A stretch of DNA of 64,000 nt from an uncultured Verrucomicrobiae bacterium (GCA_963735805.1 CAVTMK010000004.1:96001-160000), one strand, 5' to 3'. Shown: positions 40,181 to 51,046, numbered from the stretch's first letter. Numbers and translations are program-made. Notes: generated from the sequence alone by a model not told the origin.

Positions 40181-42301
40181 TCATGGCGAGATCAAGCTCC
40201 AACCGATAGGGACAGTTGGCCCTGCGACGCCGCTGACAAAGACGTTGTTATTGAGATACCAAATCGCTGTTTGACGAGTAGCGCCGTTGTAAAGCAGGTA
40301 GTCGGGTTTCCCATCACCATCAAAATCGGCTGTGGCTACCAAAGCCCAGTTGCCTGGAACCGTCGGCCCCCAGGCTGCACCAATAAGAGTTGTTCCGGAT
40401 AAATAGGCGATAGCTGTGTAACCGGAACTCGGATGAAACAGGAGATAATCTGGATGGCCATCGCCATTGAAATCCGCTACGCCCACTAACGTCCAGCCGC
40501 TCGGGAGGCTTGGACCAACATCGCCACCGATCAAAACATTATTATTGAGATACCAGACCGCGGTTTGATGGGTGCTGGTTTTGTAAAGCACGTAATCGGG
40601 GTTGCCATCCGCGTTAAAATCGGCCGCCCCGACTAACTCCCAGCCATTGGGAAGAGTCGGCCCGAATGCGCCCCCAACAAAGATTGGTCCAGACAGATAC
40701 CAAATTGCTGTCTGACTCGTACTGGGAGCGAACAACGCATAATCCGAATGGCTATCTACATTAAAATCTGCCACTCCGCTCAACTTCCAACCAACCCCAA
40801 GAGTTGGTCCGTAATCAGAGCCAACATAAACGTTGTCGTTCAAATACCAGATCGCCGTCTTACGCGTGCTTGGGTTACGCAGCACGTAGTCTGGGTGGCC
40901 GTCGCCGTTAAAATCGGCTACTGCCGCCGCCGCCACCGGTGTGGGGGTGGGTGTCGGGGTCGGTGTGGGTGAATTAACCAAGTCGTAACCGATTACGTCA
41001 AGGTTGACACCCTCCGGCAAGGTTGCGCTGACATCGGAAGATTGCCCAGTGCAACCGAATGCGTTCTGGACGTAAGGATGCGTTTGAGGGCAGGCGGTGC
41101 TCAGCCAATCACCGAAATCACCGCTCTGGTTCTGGTTGAAATTTACGATGTTGGTGCTGCCGCCGTTGATCGAAAGATATCGTGTCCCGGTTGAATGGTA
41201 GTTTCTCACGCCCGCGGATGACCAACTAAACAGATCCTGTGGACGGAGATCGCCGCTATATGTGCCAGAGATATTTAGATGCGATCCAAACCCGATAACC
41301 TCATCGATCTCGTGCTCTGTAGAACGCTGCGCATCGAAATGGCTCGAGTTGGCAGGCCGTGTGAACTGAAACGGCTTTGTAGAATTAAGCGTAACAATTC
41401 CGTCGTACGGCCCGCCTTGTCCAACTGTTCCGTTTGCAAACATCCCTGTCGGAGTATTTAGCGCCACTGCTCGCCCGTTCGCGCTCGACGCCGTAATGTA
41501 GGTCGATAATGAAGTACCCGGCAGGCTAGCGTTCGCGAGAGAATCATGGCTCGTCGTTGCATCCGCTCTCAAGGAATTGATATAGGTGTTCCAGGGAATT
41601 GCATAATAAACCCAATCACTTCGCGAGACAGTCCCCGCTGGCAAAGGAGTGCCGTTTGGCGCGGTGGATGAATAGCGGAAGCGAATCTGGATTGTGATCG
41701 GATCGCTAAACAGCGACTCATAAATCGAGATGGTTCGGTTGATCATCGCCTCGATCGCCGCTGCATTCGGGTTATTGATAATGGAACTATCGAAAGCTGG
41801 GTGAATGATCAATCCAGTGGTAGCAACCGTCGTAACTGTCATCACCTGCGAGTAACTGCCCGGAGTGAACACATCATAGGCGCGCACCCGATAATAGTAG
41901 GTGGTGCCGGGTTCCAGGCCCGTCACAACTCGACCGGTAGCGTTTCCTACATCCAAGTCGTGATAGCCCTCTAAGTAGCTGCTAAAAGAAGGATTCGTAG
42001 AGACATCCAGCAGGTAACCTTTAGCCTCCTTTTCACCTGACCAGGTTGCCATAAAGCTCGTTCGCGTCGGCGCCGGTATTTCAATTTCAGCTGGCGCCGA
42101 AATCCCACTGACATTCGAAGACTTGGGCGCATCCTGCGACTCCGTCCGCGTCTCGTGGCTTCCGACGTTTGCCTCAAATTCACGAGGCTCGCTTGGAATA
42201 TGATTTTGTCCCCGCAAATTCGTTTTTGCGGCGCCAACGGCGAGTACAACGCTACCAGCAAGAATAATTGCACTTCTTATACGAAAACTTGAATGACTCA
42301 T
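40181..42301 (-). CDS. Secreted protein: FN3 + zinc-metalloprotease-like domain (NF038122-like) + PT linker + FG-GAP/VCBS repeats
   Basis: TGLEPGTTYYYRVRA; HEIDEVIG...DLF...GDFGDW...LDVIGYD; five DFNxDG-type repeats. Confidence 0.75.
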   Translation of the reverse strand: MSHSSFRIRSAIILAGSVVLAVGAAKTNLRGQNHIPSEPREFEANVGSHETRTESQDAPKSSNVSGISAPAEIEIPAPTRTSFMATWSGEKEAKGYLLDVSTNPSFSSYLEGYHDLDVGNATGRVVTGLEPGTTYYYRVRAYDVFTPGSYSQVMTVTTVATTGLIIHPAFDSSIINNPNAAAIEAMINRTISIYESLFSDPITIQIRFRYSSTAPNGTPLPAGTVSRSDWVYYAIPWNTYINSLRADATTSHDSLANASLPGTSLSTYITASSANGRAVALNTPTGMFANGTVGQGGPYDGIVTLNSTKPFQFTRPANSSHFDAQRSTEHEIDEVIGFGSHLNISGTYSGDLRPQDLFSWSSAGVRNYHSTGTRYLSINGGSTNIVNFNQNQSGDFGDWLSTACPQTHPYVQNAFGCTGQSSDVSATLPEGVNLDVIGYDLVNSPTPTPTPTPTPVAAAAVADFNGDGHPDYVLRNPSTRKTAIWYLNDNVYVGSDYGPTLGVGWKLSGVADFNVDSHSDYALFAPSTSQTAIWYLSGPIFVGGAFGPTLPNGWELVGAADFNADGNPDYVLYKTSTHQTAVWYLNNNVLIGGDVGPSLPSGWTLVGVADFNGDGHPDYLLFHPSSGYTAIAYLSGTTLIGAAWGPTVPGNWALVATADFDGDGKPDYLLYNGATRQTAIWYLNNNVFVSGVAGPTVPIGWSLISP

Positions 42302-42414
42302 TGTCGCGCTATGAAAGGCGCGAACTTAGATGGACGATTCTTACTCCACAAGCGGAAACATTGTGTCGCCGTAAGCCTTTGGAGTCCCACGGGCCGTTCA
42401 CTCCTGAGAAATCA

Positions 42415-43017
42415 TCACATTTGCCCTCGCCGTTGGTAAAATTGGTAGCGTTCGACAATTGAGTCGACGTATTTCCGGGTTGCAGGAAAGTCGATGTTCT
42501 GCATGAACTGCTTTACCGGGATATCAGTGACGCTGCTTCCACCGCTCCATCGCTCCACACGACTTGCACCCGCATTGTATTCGGCAAGCGCAAAAGGAGT
42601 GGGATCTGACTGCGCCGACCAGCGTTCGAACGCACGATGCAAATACCATGCGCCGGCCTCCAGGTTCGTTTTCGGATCAAAAAGCTGGTCTACCTGGAAA
42701 TTAGTGATCTTGCTTTCACGTGCCCATTCGCTGGCCGCTCTTTCGCTCACTTGCATAAGTCCTCGCTCTCCACGAGTCCCATGCTTTCTCGGATCGAATC
42801 GGCTCTCGCGCCAAACGACTGCTTTAACAAGCATCGGATCGAGATGATACTTGGTGGCGACAGCGCGAATCAGGCGATCGTACTGATGAAACCGGGCTGG
42901 ACTCATCCATTCGTAGAACGTGTAAATCGGATCGCCCGAGCGCACAGCGAGATAAGCGAAACCTGCGGCCAGCGCCAGCATCACGCAGAGGAGCAGTTTG
43001 AACAGGAATCGTATCAC
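42415..43017 (-). CDS. Lytic transglycosylase (SLT domain)
   Basis: RESRF, GLMQV, AEYNAG motifs; N-terminal TM. Confidence 0.9.
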   Translation of the reverse strand: MIRFLFKLLLCVMLALAAGFAYLAVRSGDPIYTFYEWMSPARFHQYDRLIRAVATKYHLDPMLVKAVVWRESRFDPRKHGTRGERGLMQVSERAASEWARESKITNFQVDQLFDPKTNLEAGAWYLHRAFERWSAQSDPTPFALAEYNAGASRVERWSGGSSVTDIPVKQFMQNIDFPATRKYVDSIVERYQFYQRRGQM

Positions 43018-43077
43018 TTAGGCATCAAATCTCGTGCTCCTGCTGCCCCGAGCAATTAAATTAACGTGGTCTCGCTC

Positions 43078-45315
43078 ATGACAAAAACCAGTTACGTCCG
43101 AGTCATTATTGATCGCGCCATTCATCGGGAGCTCGATTATGCAGTGCCCGACGGCCTGATTGACCGGGTGGGAGTTGGCTCCCGTGTGCGTGTACCCTTT
43201 CGAGACAAATCCGCTCTTGCGACAGTCGTCGCCGTTCCAGAACACAGCGAAGTAAAAGGCATCCGGTCAATCGAAGCGGTCTTGGGTGAAACACCAATCT
43301 TGAGCGAACATTTACTGGAGCTCGCGAGATGGATCGGCATTTATTATTGCTGCCCCATCGAAACTGTAATGCGCAGCTTGTTGCCACAAGTGATCCGGCG
43401 TGCCGAAGTCGGGTGGAAGAAGCAGTTGTTCGTCCAACCACGCAAGATCGACAATGAAGAAATTGAGAAATTGCGAAGACGCGCGCCCCGTCAGGCGGAG
43501 CTTTTGCAGGCAATTTCCCGGTTGGAAGTGCCGATGTCCGCAGTGCAACTTCTGCGACAAACCTCTCTCGATAACCAGACTCTTCGCGCCTTGGCAAAAC
43601 GCGGCCTCGCAGAACTGCGCGAGGAAGCAGTGATTCGCGATCCCCATGCGGACGAGCAGTTCATCGCGACGTCGAATCTCATTCTAAACCAGGAACAAGC
43701 CAAAGCGCTTAAAGAGATCACGCAAGCGCTCGACTCGCCGGAAAATGCGCGGCCGATTTTGCTTCATGGCGTAACCGGTTCCGGCAAAACCGAAATTTAT
43801 CTTCAGGCAATCTGCGGCACGCTTGAGCGCGGTCGCACCGCAATTGTCCTCGTCCCTGAAATCTCGTTAACGCCACAGACGGTTGAACGCTTTAAAAGCC
43901 GGTTCGCGGACATGCAGGACGCGGTCGCCGTATTGCACAGCCATTTATCCCAAGGCGAAAGGCACGATGAATGGCACAAAATTCATTCCGGGCGCGCCCG
44001 CATCGTAATCGGCGCGCGCAGCGCCGTCTTCGCGCCGCTGAAAAACCTTGGACTCATTGTTGTCGATGAGGAACACGAGACGACGTACAAACAAGAAGAA
44101 GCTCCGCGATATCACGCGCGCGACGTTGCGGTCGTGCGCGCCAAGATTGAGCAATGCGTGGCGGTACTGGGCAGCGCGACGCCATCGCTCGAGAGCTATC
44201 ATAACGCTGCAATAGAAAAATACCGGCTGGTCACTCTCACGCAGCGCATAGACGAAAAGCAAATGCCCTTGATACGCATTGTCGATCTCCGCCAGGAGCG
44301 ACGGGGAGAAAGGAAAGCCGCCATTTTGTCGGAAAAATTATCGCAGGCCATTGCTGATCGTCTGGAAAAACACGAACAGACCATTTTATTCCTGAACCGG
44401 CGCGGCTTTTCCACTTCGTTGCTGTGCAGTAATTGCGGCGAAGCGCGCCACTGTCCGAATTGCAGTGTTGCGCTGACGTTTCATCGCCATCCCGCGGTGG
44501 CGGGACGCTTGAGTTGTCATTTGTGTGGGCATACCGCCGCGGTGCCGAAGAAATGTCCGAACTGCGGGAAGGATGCACTCGTTTACGCGGGGTTTGGCAC
44601 GGAGAAGGTCGAATCAACCGTGTCACAAATTTTTCCCAAAGCTGTCGTGCGCCGCATGGACGCAGATTCGATGACTCGCAAGGAAGCGTATCGAGAAACA
44701 TTGCGAAACTTTCGCACAGGAAAGATCGATATCCTGGTCGGCACGCAGATGATCGCAAAGGGGTTGCATTTTCCAAATGTGACGCTTGTTGGAATCATCA
44801 ACGCCGATCTCGCTTTGCACCTGCCGGATTTTCGCGCCGGCGAGCGCACGTTCCAACTGCTCACCCAAGTCGCCGGACGCGCCGGGCGGGGCGAGACGGC
44901 GGGTGAAGTCTTCGTACAAACCTACACGCCGTTTAGTCCGTCAATCCAGTTTGCGAGGCATCACGATTTCGCGGGCTATTTTCAACAGGAACTCGAATTT
45001 CGCGAACGCTGTGATTTCCCACCATTCAAACACGCGATCTTAATCACCGTCCGCTCGACACATGAGGGTCGGGCAAAACTTTCAGCTGAAACATTGCAAC
45101 GCCATTTGAAAGAAGCACTGCCACAGGAATTCATCCTGGGCGATACAACGCCCGCGCCACTGGAAAAATTACAAGGCCAATTCCGCTTTCACATCCTGAT
45201 CCGCGGCGAAGCCATTGTGCGCCTGAGTCGCCACGTCCGGGAAACTCTCAAAAAATTGCCATTTCCCGAAGATGTTGCCGTGACGGTCGACGTGGATCCT
45301 TATCAATTGCTATAG
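43078..45315 (+). CDS. priA: Primosomal protein N'
   Basis: GVTGSGKT, VPEISLTPQ, DEEHE, two CxxC pairs, QVAGRAGR. Confidence 0.96.
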   Translation: MTKTSYVRVIIDRAIHRELDYAVPDGLIDRVGVGSRVRVPFRDKSALATVVAVPEHSEVKGIRSIEAVLGETPILSEHLLELARWIGIYYCCPIETVMRSLLPQVIRRAEVGWKKQLFVQPRKIDNEEIEKLRRRAPRQAELLQAISRLEVPMSAVQLLRQTSLDNQTLRALAKRGLAELREEAVIRDPHADEQFIATSNLILNQEQAKALKEITQALDSPENARPILLHGVTGSGKTEIYLQAICGTLERGRTAIVLVPEISLTPQTVERFKSRFADMQDAVAVLHSHLSQGERHDEWHKIHSGRARIVIGARSAVFAPLKNLGLIVVDEEHETTYKQEEAPRYHARDVAVVRAKIEQCVAVLGSATPSLESYHNAAIEKYRLVTLTQRIDEKQMPLIRIVDLRQERRGERKAAILSEKLSQAIADRLEKHEQTILFLNRRGFSTSLLCSNCGEARHCPNCSVALTFHRHPAVAGRLSCHLCGHTAAVPKKCPNCGKDALVYAGFGTEKVESTVSQIFPKAVVRRMDADSMTRKEAYRETLRNFRTGKIDILVGTQMIAKGLHFPNVTLVGIINADLALHLPDFRAGERTFQLLTQVAGRAGRGETAGEVFVQTYTPFSPSIQFARHHDFAGYFQQELEFRERCDFPPFKHAILITVRSTHEGRAKLSAETLQRHLKEALPQEFILGDTTPAPLEKLQGQFRFHILIRGEAIVRLSRHVRETLKKLPFPEDVAVTVDVDPYQLL

Positions 45316-45393
45316 AACTCCTGGATGCTTCCTCCTTGACGGCAATGTGCAATTTTCGAAAATCCCAATCTTGTCAGCTCGGCAATTCATCCG

Positions 45394-46412
45394 ATGGAGA
45401 GACTGTTCCTTGCAATTCTTCTGCTGACGTCGCCAGTAGTGTCTCGCGTACAAGCACAACCATCTAGCGGTACGCTTGCCGATTTTCTCGTAAAACAAGG
45501 TCTTGGCGGAGCGAAGCTGGAGCGACGTGTCGGCAATCATCTGTTTGTTCCGGTTTCCATCAACAATCGGCGGGCTGCGCTAATGATCGATACCGGGTCG
45601 CCTAATACTGTAATCGACGCCAACAGTGTGAATACGTTCGGTCTCACTGTGGAAAAGACCGACTCGAACGTCGGAGGTCTATTCGGCCGCACATGGGAGC
45701 GATTTGGCGCCAGCAAAGTAAGAAGCATCGCAATGGGTAATTGCACCGTAACGAACGTCCCCGTAGCGATCGCAGATTTTTCCACTTTCAACACGGATCA
45801 CACCGACCCGGCTACAGGATCACACATTGCGAGTTCCAAGGCTCCGGCGCATATCAATGGCATCCTTGGCGCTAATGAGATGGTCAAGTTCGGGATGATC
45901 ATCGATTGCACTCGTCAGATGCTTTACATGAATCCCAGCGGACGCAGTCCCGCAGTGAGCCAGAGCCTCGCAAGTTTCCTGGCTAGTCGCGGATTTACGC
46001 GGATCGCAATGCGGCTAAATGCAAACCATCATTTCGATGTTGATGGAGCGATGAACGGACATTCCACCCGGTTTATTGTGGACACTGGGGATCCGCAACT
46101 ACGCTGATCGACACCCAGGTTGCAGTGAAATCTGGAACGGGTGTGACCGCTCTCGCTGGCTACGGCGCAGACGGAGCCGGAGGATTAGTTGAAGGAGTAA
46201 ATCGCACTGGTGTCAAGGACTTGGCAATCGGCAACTTCAAGCTCGCAAACGTCGAAGTGGTAGTGGCCCATGTATCGAAGGACATACTGCTCTCGAACTC
46301 GGCCACAGAATCAAACGCAGGTGTTCTCGGGCAGGAGTATCTTTCGTCGAATTTCGCTGTCATCGACGTGGGCGGCATGGCGCTGTACCTGCGGCATCCC
46401 GATTCGCGCTAA
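45394..46412 (+). CDS. Secreted two-domain retropepsin-like aspartyl protease (frameshift in G-run ~46087-46090)
   Basis: Two DTG motifs (IDTGS, VDTG) and two GILG/GVLG motifs across ORFs 45394-46107 and 46125-46412. Confidence 0.75.
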
Positions 46413-46481
46413 CAAATTCAATTGTTACCCCAAACAGCGGCGGGAGTGCTGGGATTTCGCCTGCAGTCTCGACGAGGGTCG

Positions 46482-48008
46482 TCAAGACGCACTTAAGGAA
46501 AATAGCTCGCCAAGTTCCACCCGCGCCCATTTGGCGAAGCCTTGAGCAAAGAGTTTCGCATTGGTGGAATGCAATTTGAAACCCGGGATCAGGCACCGAT
46601 GTGCGCGATTCATTTTGCCAAGCATTCGACGTTTGCGACGGCGACGCGCAATTTCAGCAAAACGGCGGTTGTAGGTTCGCATAAAACGAAAAATCGGCCC
46701 GACGCCGGCAGCTGAAAATGGCGGAACCAAAAGAGCGTTCTCGCCGTACCTGAATATCCGGGATACTACGCCCAAATAATATAGGCAAAGATCGAAGATC
46801 AATGCCGTGCTCATTAAATCGAATTCGCCCATGTACTCGTACTTGTCTTTGTAAACGGCTTCGAACCAGCAACGATGAGACCTCGCCAAATCGCGATTGT
46901 GGCGCTCAACTAACGTACTTATCGCTTCGCCTCTTCGCTGCGCACCGATCAGTGCCGCAGCACGTGAGGTCGTAAATGAGATCCAATCCATACCCGGGCT
47001 GTAAAATGGATCCATGAACGCGGCCGCATCGCCGACCAAAACAAAGCCGTCCCCAGCAAAAGTGGTGCTGTAATAAGCGAGATTCTTCCGCCAGTGGACA
47101 TCTTCCTCGTCAAATCGCGCGTCAACAAGAATTTCGCGCGCGACCGGATGCTTCATCAGAAAAGCCTTGAGCCGTTCGCCGAGTTTTCCGCCATCCTGGG
47201 GCCAATCGACCAGTCTCTGGTCGAAAACCACACCGACACTCACGTCACCGCCTTTTAGTGGAATCCACCAACTCCACCAGCCATCGCCGATCACATGGTT
47301 GGTGGCAGTGTTACGCGTCGCGTAGACAGCGCGCGACCATGAAGGATATTTCTCGGCCAGTTCGCGGCTGTCCCAATCCTTGACCCCTTTCCATCTCGAC
47401 CATGCCGCTGCAGTTGGATGTTCGGTGTTCGATTTCCACCAGCCTTCCTTCCGGGCGAGAATTGCAGCCACGCCGGATGCATCAATAACCCAGCGCGAAC
47501 GAACTGTCCTTGTGCCATGGTCGTTGCGAAATGTTATTGTTTGTTCTTTCCCAGGCTGTAGTTGCACGTCAATTACTGTCGCCGAACGTAGAATTTCCGC
47601 GCCAGCAGCGCCGGCACGGCGCAGCACCTCTTCATCAAACGAGGCACGATCTAGTTGATACGACGGCACACGTACCTGGTACAGCGGCCCAAGTTCGCTC
47701 GCTTCCGCCAATGTCTTTACGTCGCCGTTTGTAAACCAAAAGCGCAATCCTTGCTTCGCGAGATGCGATTCGTTCAGATATTGTGTCAAGCCTAGCACTC
47801 GACCCATGAAATACGCACTGACCTCCACCGTTGCTTCACCGACGCGTCGCGAAAGTTTAGTCGATTTTTCCAGGATCAATATGCGAATGCCGGGATTTTG
47901 CCGAAGCAAGAGGGTTGCAGTTGCGCCACCGGACAGTGCGCCTCCCATGATTACGACGTCATAAAAGTCCGTATCATCGGCTTGAGCCGGCTTGATATGA
48001 GCTTCCAT
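46482..48008 (-). CDS. Flavin-dependent halogenase-like FAD oxidoreductase
   Basis: GGALSG, VGEAT, AKQGLRF, WSWWIP, GDAAAFMDPFYSPG. Confidence 0.75.
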   Translation of the reverse strand: MEAHIKPAQADDTDFYDVVIMGGALSGGATATLLLRQNPGIRILILEKSTKLSRRVGEATVEVSAYFMGRVLGLTQYLNESHLAKQGLRFWFTNGDVKTLAEASELGPLYQVRVPSYQLDRASFDEEVLRRAGAAGAEILRSATVIDVQLQPGKEQTITFRNDHGTRTVRSRWVIDASGVAAILARKEGWWKSNTEHPTAAAWSRWKGVKDWDSRELAEKYPSWSRAVYATRNTATNHVIGDGWWSWWIPLKGGDVSVGVVFDQRLVDWPQDGGKLGERLKAFLMKHPVAREILVDARFDEEDVHWRKNLAYYSTTFAGDGFVLVGDAAAFMDPFYSPGMDWISFTTSRAAALIGAQRRGEAISTLVERHNRDLARSHRCWFEAVYKDKYEYMGEFDLMSTALIFDLCLYYLGVVSRIFRYGENALLVPPFSAAGVGPIFRFMRTYNRRFAEIARRRRKRRMLGKMNRAHRCLIPGFKLHSTNAKLFAQGFAKWARVELGELFSLSAS

Positions 48009-48157
48009 TCTATGAGCAGATAGTTTTCTTGGTGTGATCTTATTACGCAAGCGTGCAATTGATTACCAACCGGGTCGTACAGTTTGTAAAAAGCGTGAGG
48101 TTGACCTTGTCCGATCCAAGCTCAGTCCGCTAACATCGACCTTACATAACTGAGTTC

Positions 48158-49465
48158 GTGAACAACTTACATCTTGCGATCCAGTTTTTTATTCAGCTTG
48201 CTGTTATCCTTTTGTTCTGCCGTTTGGTGGGCGCGATTGCTCTGCGTTTCGGCCAGCCGCAGGTCGTGGCGGAAATGCTTGCCGGTGTGCTTCTCGGACC
48301 ATCGCTTTTTGGTTTGCTCTGTCCCGAAGCCCAACATTGGCTTTTTCCGTGGGACAGCGCTCAGAAAATGCGTGACACCCAAAGTTATTTGTTTCCAGCG
48401 TCACAACTAGGTCTGGCGCTTTACATGTTCGTGGTTGGAATGGAGTTCCGTGTGGATATCGTGCGCCGCAGATTGACAAGCTCAATCGCCGTGTCAGCGG
48501 CAGGAATGTTGACACCTTTCGTATTGGGCGCGGGCCTGGCCTGGATTCTATTTGACCACACGACGCTATTTCCAAGCACGACTTCACGCTCGGAGGCAAT
48601 GCTCTTTCTTGGCGCATCCATGTGCATCACCGCCTTTCCCATGCTCGCACGGATTATTCATTTCAAAAAACTTGCCGGTACGACCATGGGAACTGTGGCG
48701 CTGGGTGCAGGGGCAATTGATGATGCCACGGCGTGGTGCCTTCTCGCGGTCGTGCTTGCCAGTTTCGAGAAAAATTGGAGCCATGCTCTCGTCAACATCA
48801 CCGGTGGCATCGCTTACGTGGCTTTAACGCTGCTGATTGTGCGCCCCCTGCTGCTTCGTGCCAAAGTTTGGTTGACAAAAAGCGGTACCGTCACCGAAGC
48901 CGGGTTGGTTGTCGGACTTGCGCTCATGGCCTTAGGTGCGTGGTTCACCGACCTGATCGGTTTGCACGCAGTATTTGGCGCGTTCGTAATGGGCGCCGCG
49001 ATGCCACGTGGAGTGGTTGTGCGGGATCTTATTGCCCGTATTCAGCCCCTTACGGTTGCCCTGCTGCTTCCGCTCTTTTTCACGTATTCGGGGCTGAATA
49101 CAAAGATCGGTTTGCTCAACACGAGCTTCCTTTGGGCCATGTGTGGTGCGGTCTTGATCGCGGCTATTCTGGGCAAAGGCGTCGCCTGCTGGGCAGCCGC
49201 ACGGGCCACCGGCATTCAAAATCGCGAAGCGCTCGGCATCGGCACACTAATGAATGCACGTGGATTAATGGAATTGATCATTATCAATATCGGGCTCCAG
49301 CGCGGCATCATATCAGAGGGACTTTTCGCCACGCTGGTGATTATGGCAGTAATCACGACGCTTATGGCCTCGCCGCTGTTTGAACGCCTCGTCGGAAGCG
49401 GGACGCATCAACTCATTCCCGAGACCCAGGCTGAAGAAGCAAACGAACCCAAGTTCGTCAGCTAA
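48158..49465 (+). CDS. Cation:proton antiporter (CPA2/KefB-like)
   Basis: GQPQVVAEMLAGVLLGPS, ITAFPMLARI, AIDD, MNARGLMEL. Confidence 0.9.
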   Translation: MNNLHLAIQFFIQLAVILLFCRLVGAIALRFGQPQVVAEMLAGVLLGPSLFGLLCPEAQHWLFPWDSAQKMRDTQSYLFPASQLGLALYMFVVGMEFRVDIVRRRLTSSIAVSAAGMLTPFVLGAGLAWILFDHTTLFPSTTSRSEAMLFLGASMCITAFPMLARIIHFKKLAGTTMGTVALGAGAIDDATAWCLLAVVLASFEKNWSHALVNITGGIAYVALTLLIVRPLLLRAKVWLTKSGTVTEAGLVVGLALMALGAWFTDLIGLHAVFGAFVMGAAMPRGVVVRDLIARIQPLTVALLLPLFFTYSGLNTKIGLLNTSFLWAMCGAVLIAAILGKGVACWAAARATGIQNREALGIGTLMNARGLMELIIINIGLQRGIISEGLFATLVIMAVITTLMASPLFERLVGSGTHQLIPETQAEEANEPKFVS

Positions 49466-49512
49466 GGCGATCGGAAGGCTACGATGTTGTTGGGTTGTGA
49501 GAGTCGCAAAGG

Positions 49513-50850
49513 TCAAGCCTCTTCGGCGATAGAACCTTTGGAAGACATCTCGCTAGGATAACCGGCATCTTGGTCGCGTCGAAAAACGCCGTGGGCTATC
49601 TTGAAACGTTTCTGGATGGATATCATCCCGAAGAACAGCTGGTTCAGGAAACGAGTCCACAAACTCGCGTTCCACTTGCCCGCAAGCATAGTGGCGACTG
49701 ATCGAAAGATGAGCCTCGGTGGTTCCGGGCTGAAAAAAACGTCGCGAAACTGCGGTGTGTAGAAGCCCACTACAAACCGGCGAAACGTCTCGAATCGTTT
49801 ACGCTGACGACGAGAGAACGCCGCGAAACTCGCATCTGAAAAGTCATTTTTCACCAGAGCGCGATGGAGCTCTGCAGCCGCTTCGATCCCCGATTCCATG
49901 GCGATTGAGACCCCGGTCGAGAATACCGGATCGAGAAACGATCCTGCGTCTCCAGCCAGAATCCAGCGACGGCCAGCGTACGCCGAAGCACTGTAAGAGA
50001 AATCCTTCTCAACGCGTACCGGCCATTCTCGCCGGGCCTCGCGCATTAACTCCGCTAGAACCGGCGTATCCGAGATCGTGCCATTGAGCGTCTCCTCCGG
50101 CGAACCATTCGCCAATCTGCGGTAAAGGGCCTTTGGTAGAACGACGCCGACACTCGTTAACTCTTTTGAAATCGGAATAAGCCAGAACCAGCCGGCGTCG
50201 TCGCGTGCGATAAGTCGGATATCATCCGGCCGCGGTCCTTTCAGTCGCGGCACGTTCGTATAGTGCGAGTATATTGCTACATTGGCGAGCCGCGGTTCCT
50301 CGGTGCGCAGATTGAATTTTCGAGCGATCAATCCTCCACGCCCTGTGGCATCAACCAGAGCTTGCACACGCATACGCCGGGTCGCCGTATCGACGTGCGA
50401 CCTAACGTCGACAATTGCAGCATCTGCTGCAAATTCACATGTAACCACGTTGCACGCTTCTCGAACGTCTACACCTACTTCCCGAGCCCGTTCCAGCAAA
50501 ATGCGATCAAACTCGTCGCGGCGTACCTGATAAGTCTGAGGCTTCGTAACCTCTCGAACGCAAGTGAAGTCAACGTATCGTCCACTCTGACCATCATGCG
50601 TGTAAAGGCGCGCACCCCATTTCGCCGGAAAACTTGCAGCCTCCATCTGCTTGGTCACGCCTAAAGCCGCGAAGGAGTCGTTCGCAGTCGATAGCAACGA
50701 CTCACCGATATGAAATCGCGGGAAAGTCTCACGCTCAAAGAGAACGACGGAATGACCGCGCTGCCGTAGCGAGATAGCAGCCGATGAACCCGCAGGACCG
50801 CCCCCTGCGACAGCGAAATCAAAATCATACCCAGGATCGGCCCCAGTCAT
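49513..50850 (-). CDS. Flavin-dependent halogenase-like FAD oxidoreductase
   Basis: GGGPAG, FPRFHIGES, PAKWGA, WFWLIP, GDAGSFLDPVFSTG. Confidence 0.8.
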   Translation of the reverse strand: MTGADPGYDFDFAVAGGGPAGSSAAISLRQRGHSVVLFERETFPRFHIGESLLSTANDSFAALGVTKQMEAASFPAKWGARLYTHDGQSGRYVDFTCVREVTKPQTYQVRRDEFDRILLERAREVGVDVREACNVVTCEFAADAAIVDVRSHVDTATRRMRVQALVDATGRGGLIARKFNLRTEEPRLANVAIYSHYTNVPRLKGPRPDDIRLIARDDAGWFWLIPISKELTSVGVVLPKALYRRLANGSPEETLNGTISDTPVLAELMREARREWPVRVEKDFSYSASAYAGRRWILAGDAGSFLDPVFSTGVSIAMESGIEAAAELHRALVKNDFSDASFAAFSRRQRKRFETFRRFVVGFYTPQFRDVFFSPEPPRLIFRSVATMLAGKWNASLWTRFLNQLFFGMISIQKRFKIAHGVFRRDQDAGYPSEMSSKGSIAEEA

Positions 50851-50918
50851 CACGCTGCTAGAGTATCATTGTGTGAATGGGAAGCAGGCAATTTCTTTGA
50901 GCCTCTCGGTTAAGAACT

Positions 50919-50994
50919 GGGAGCCGGCAGTCGGATTCGAACCGACGACCTGCTGATTACAAATCAGCTGCTCTACCAGCTGAGCTATGCCGGC
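50919..50994 (-). tRNA. tRNA-Thr(TGT)
   Basis: Reverse complement GCCGGCATAGCTCAGCTGGTAGAGCAGCTGATTTGTAATCAGCAGGTCGTCGGTTCGAATCCGACTGCCGGCT, followed by CCCA. Confidence 0.96.
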
Positions 50995-51046
50995 AAAAAT
51001 GCGGCCCATACTAACGCACACCTCGGCTTTGAACAAGTTGTGGCCG

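Noticed and set aside
50918..50922. Abnormal CCCA end on tRNA-Thr
   Set aside because: Explained by a homopolymer error or non-encoded CCA; the tRNA body is canonical
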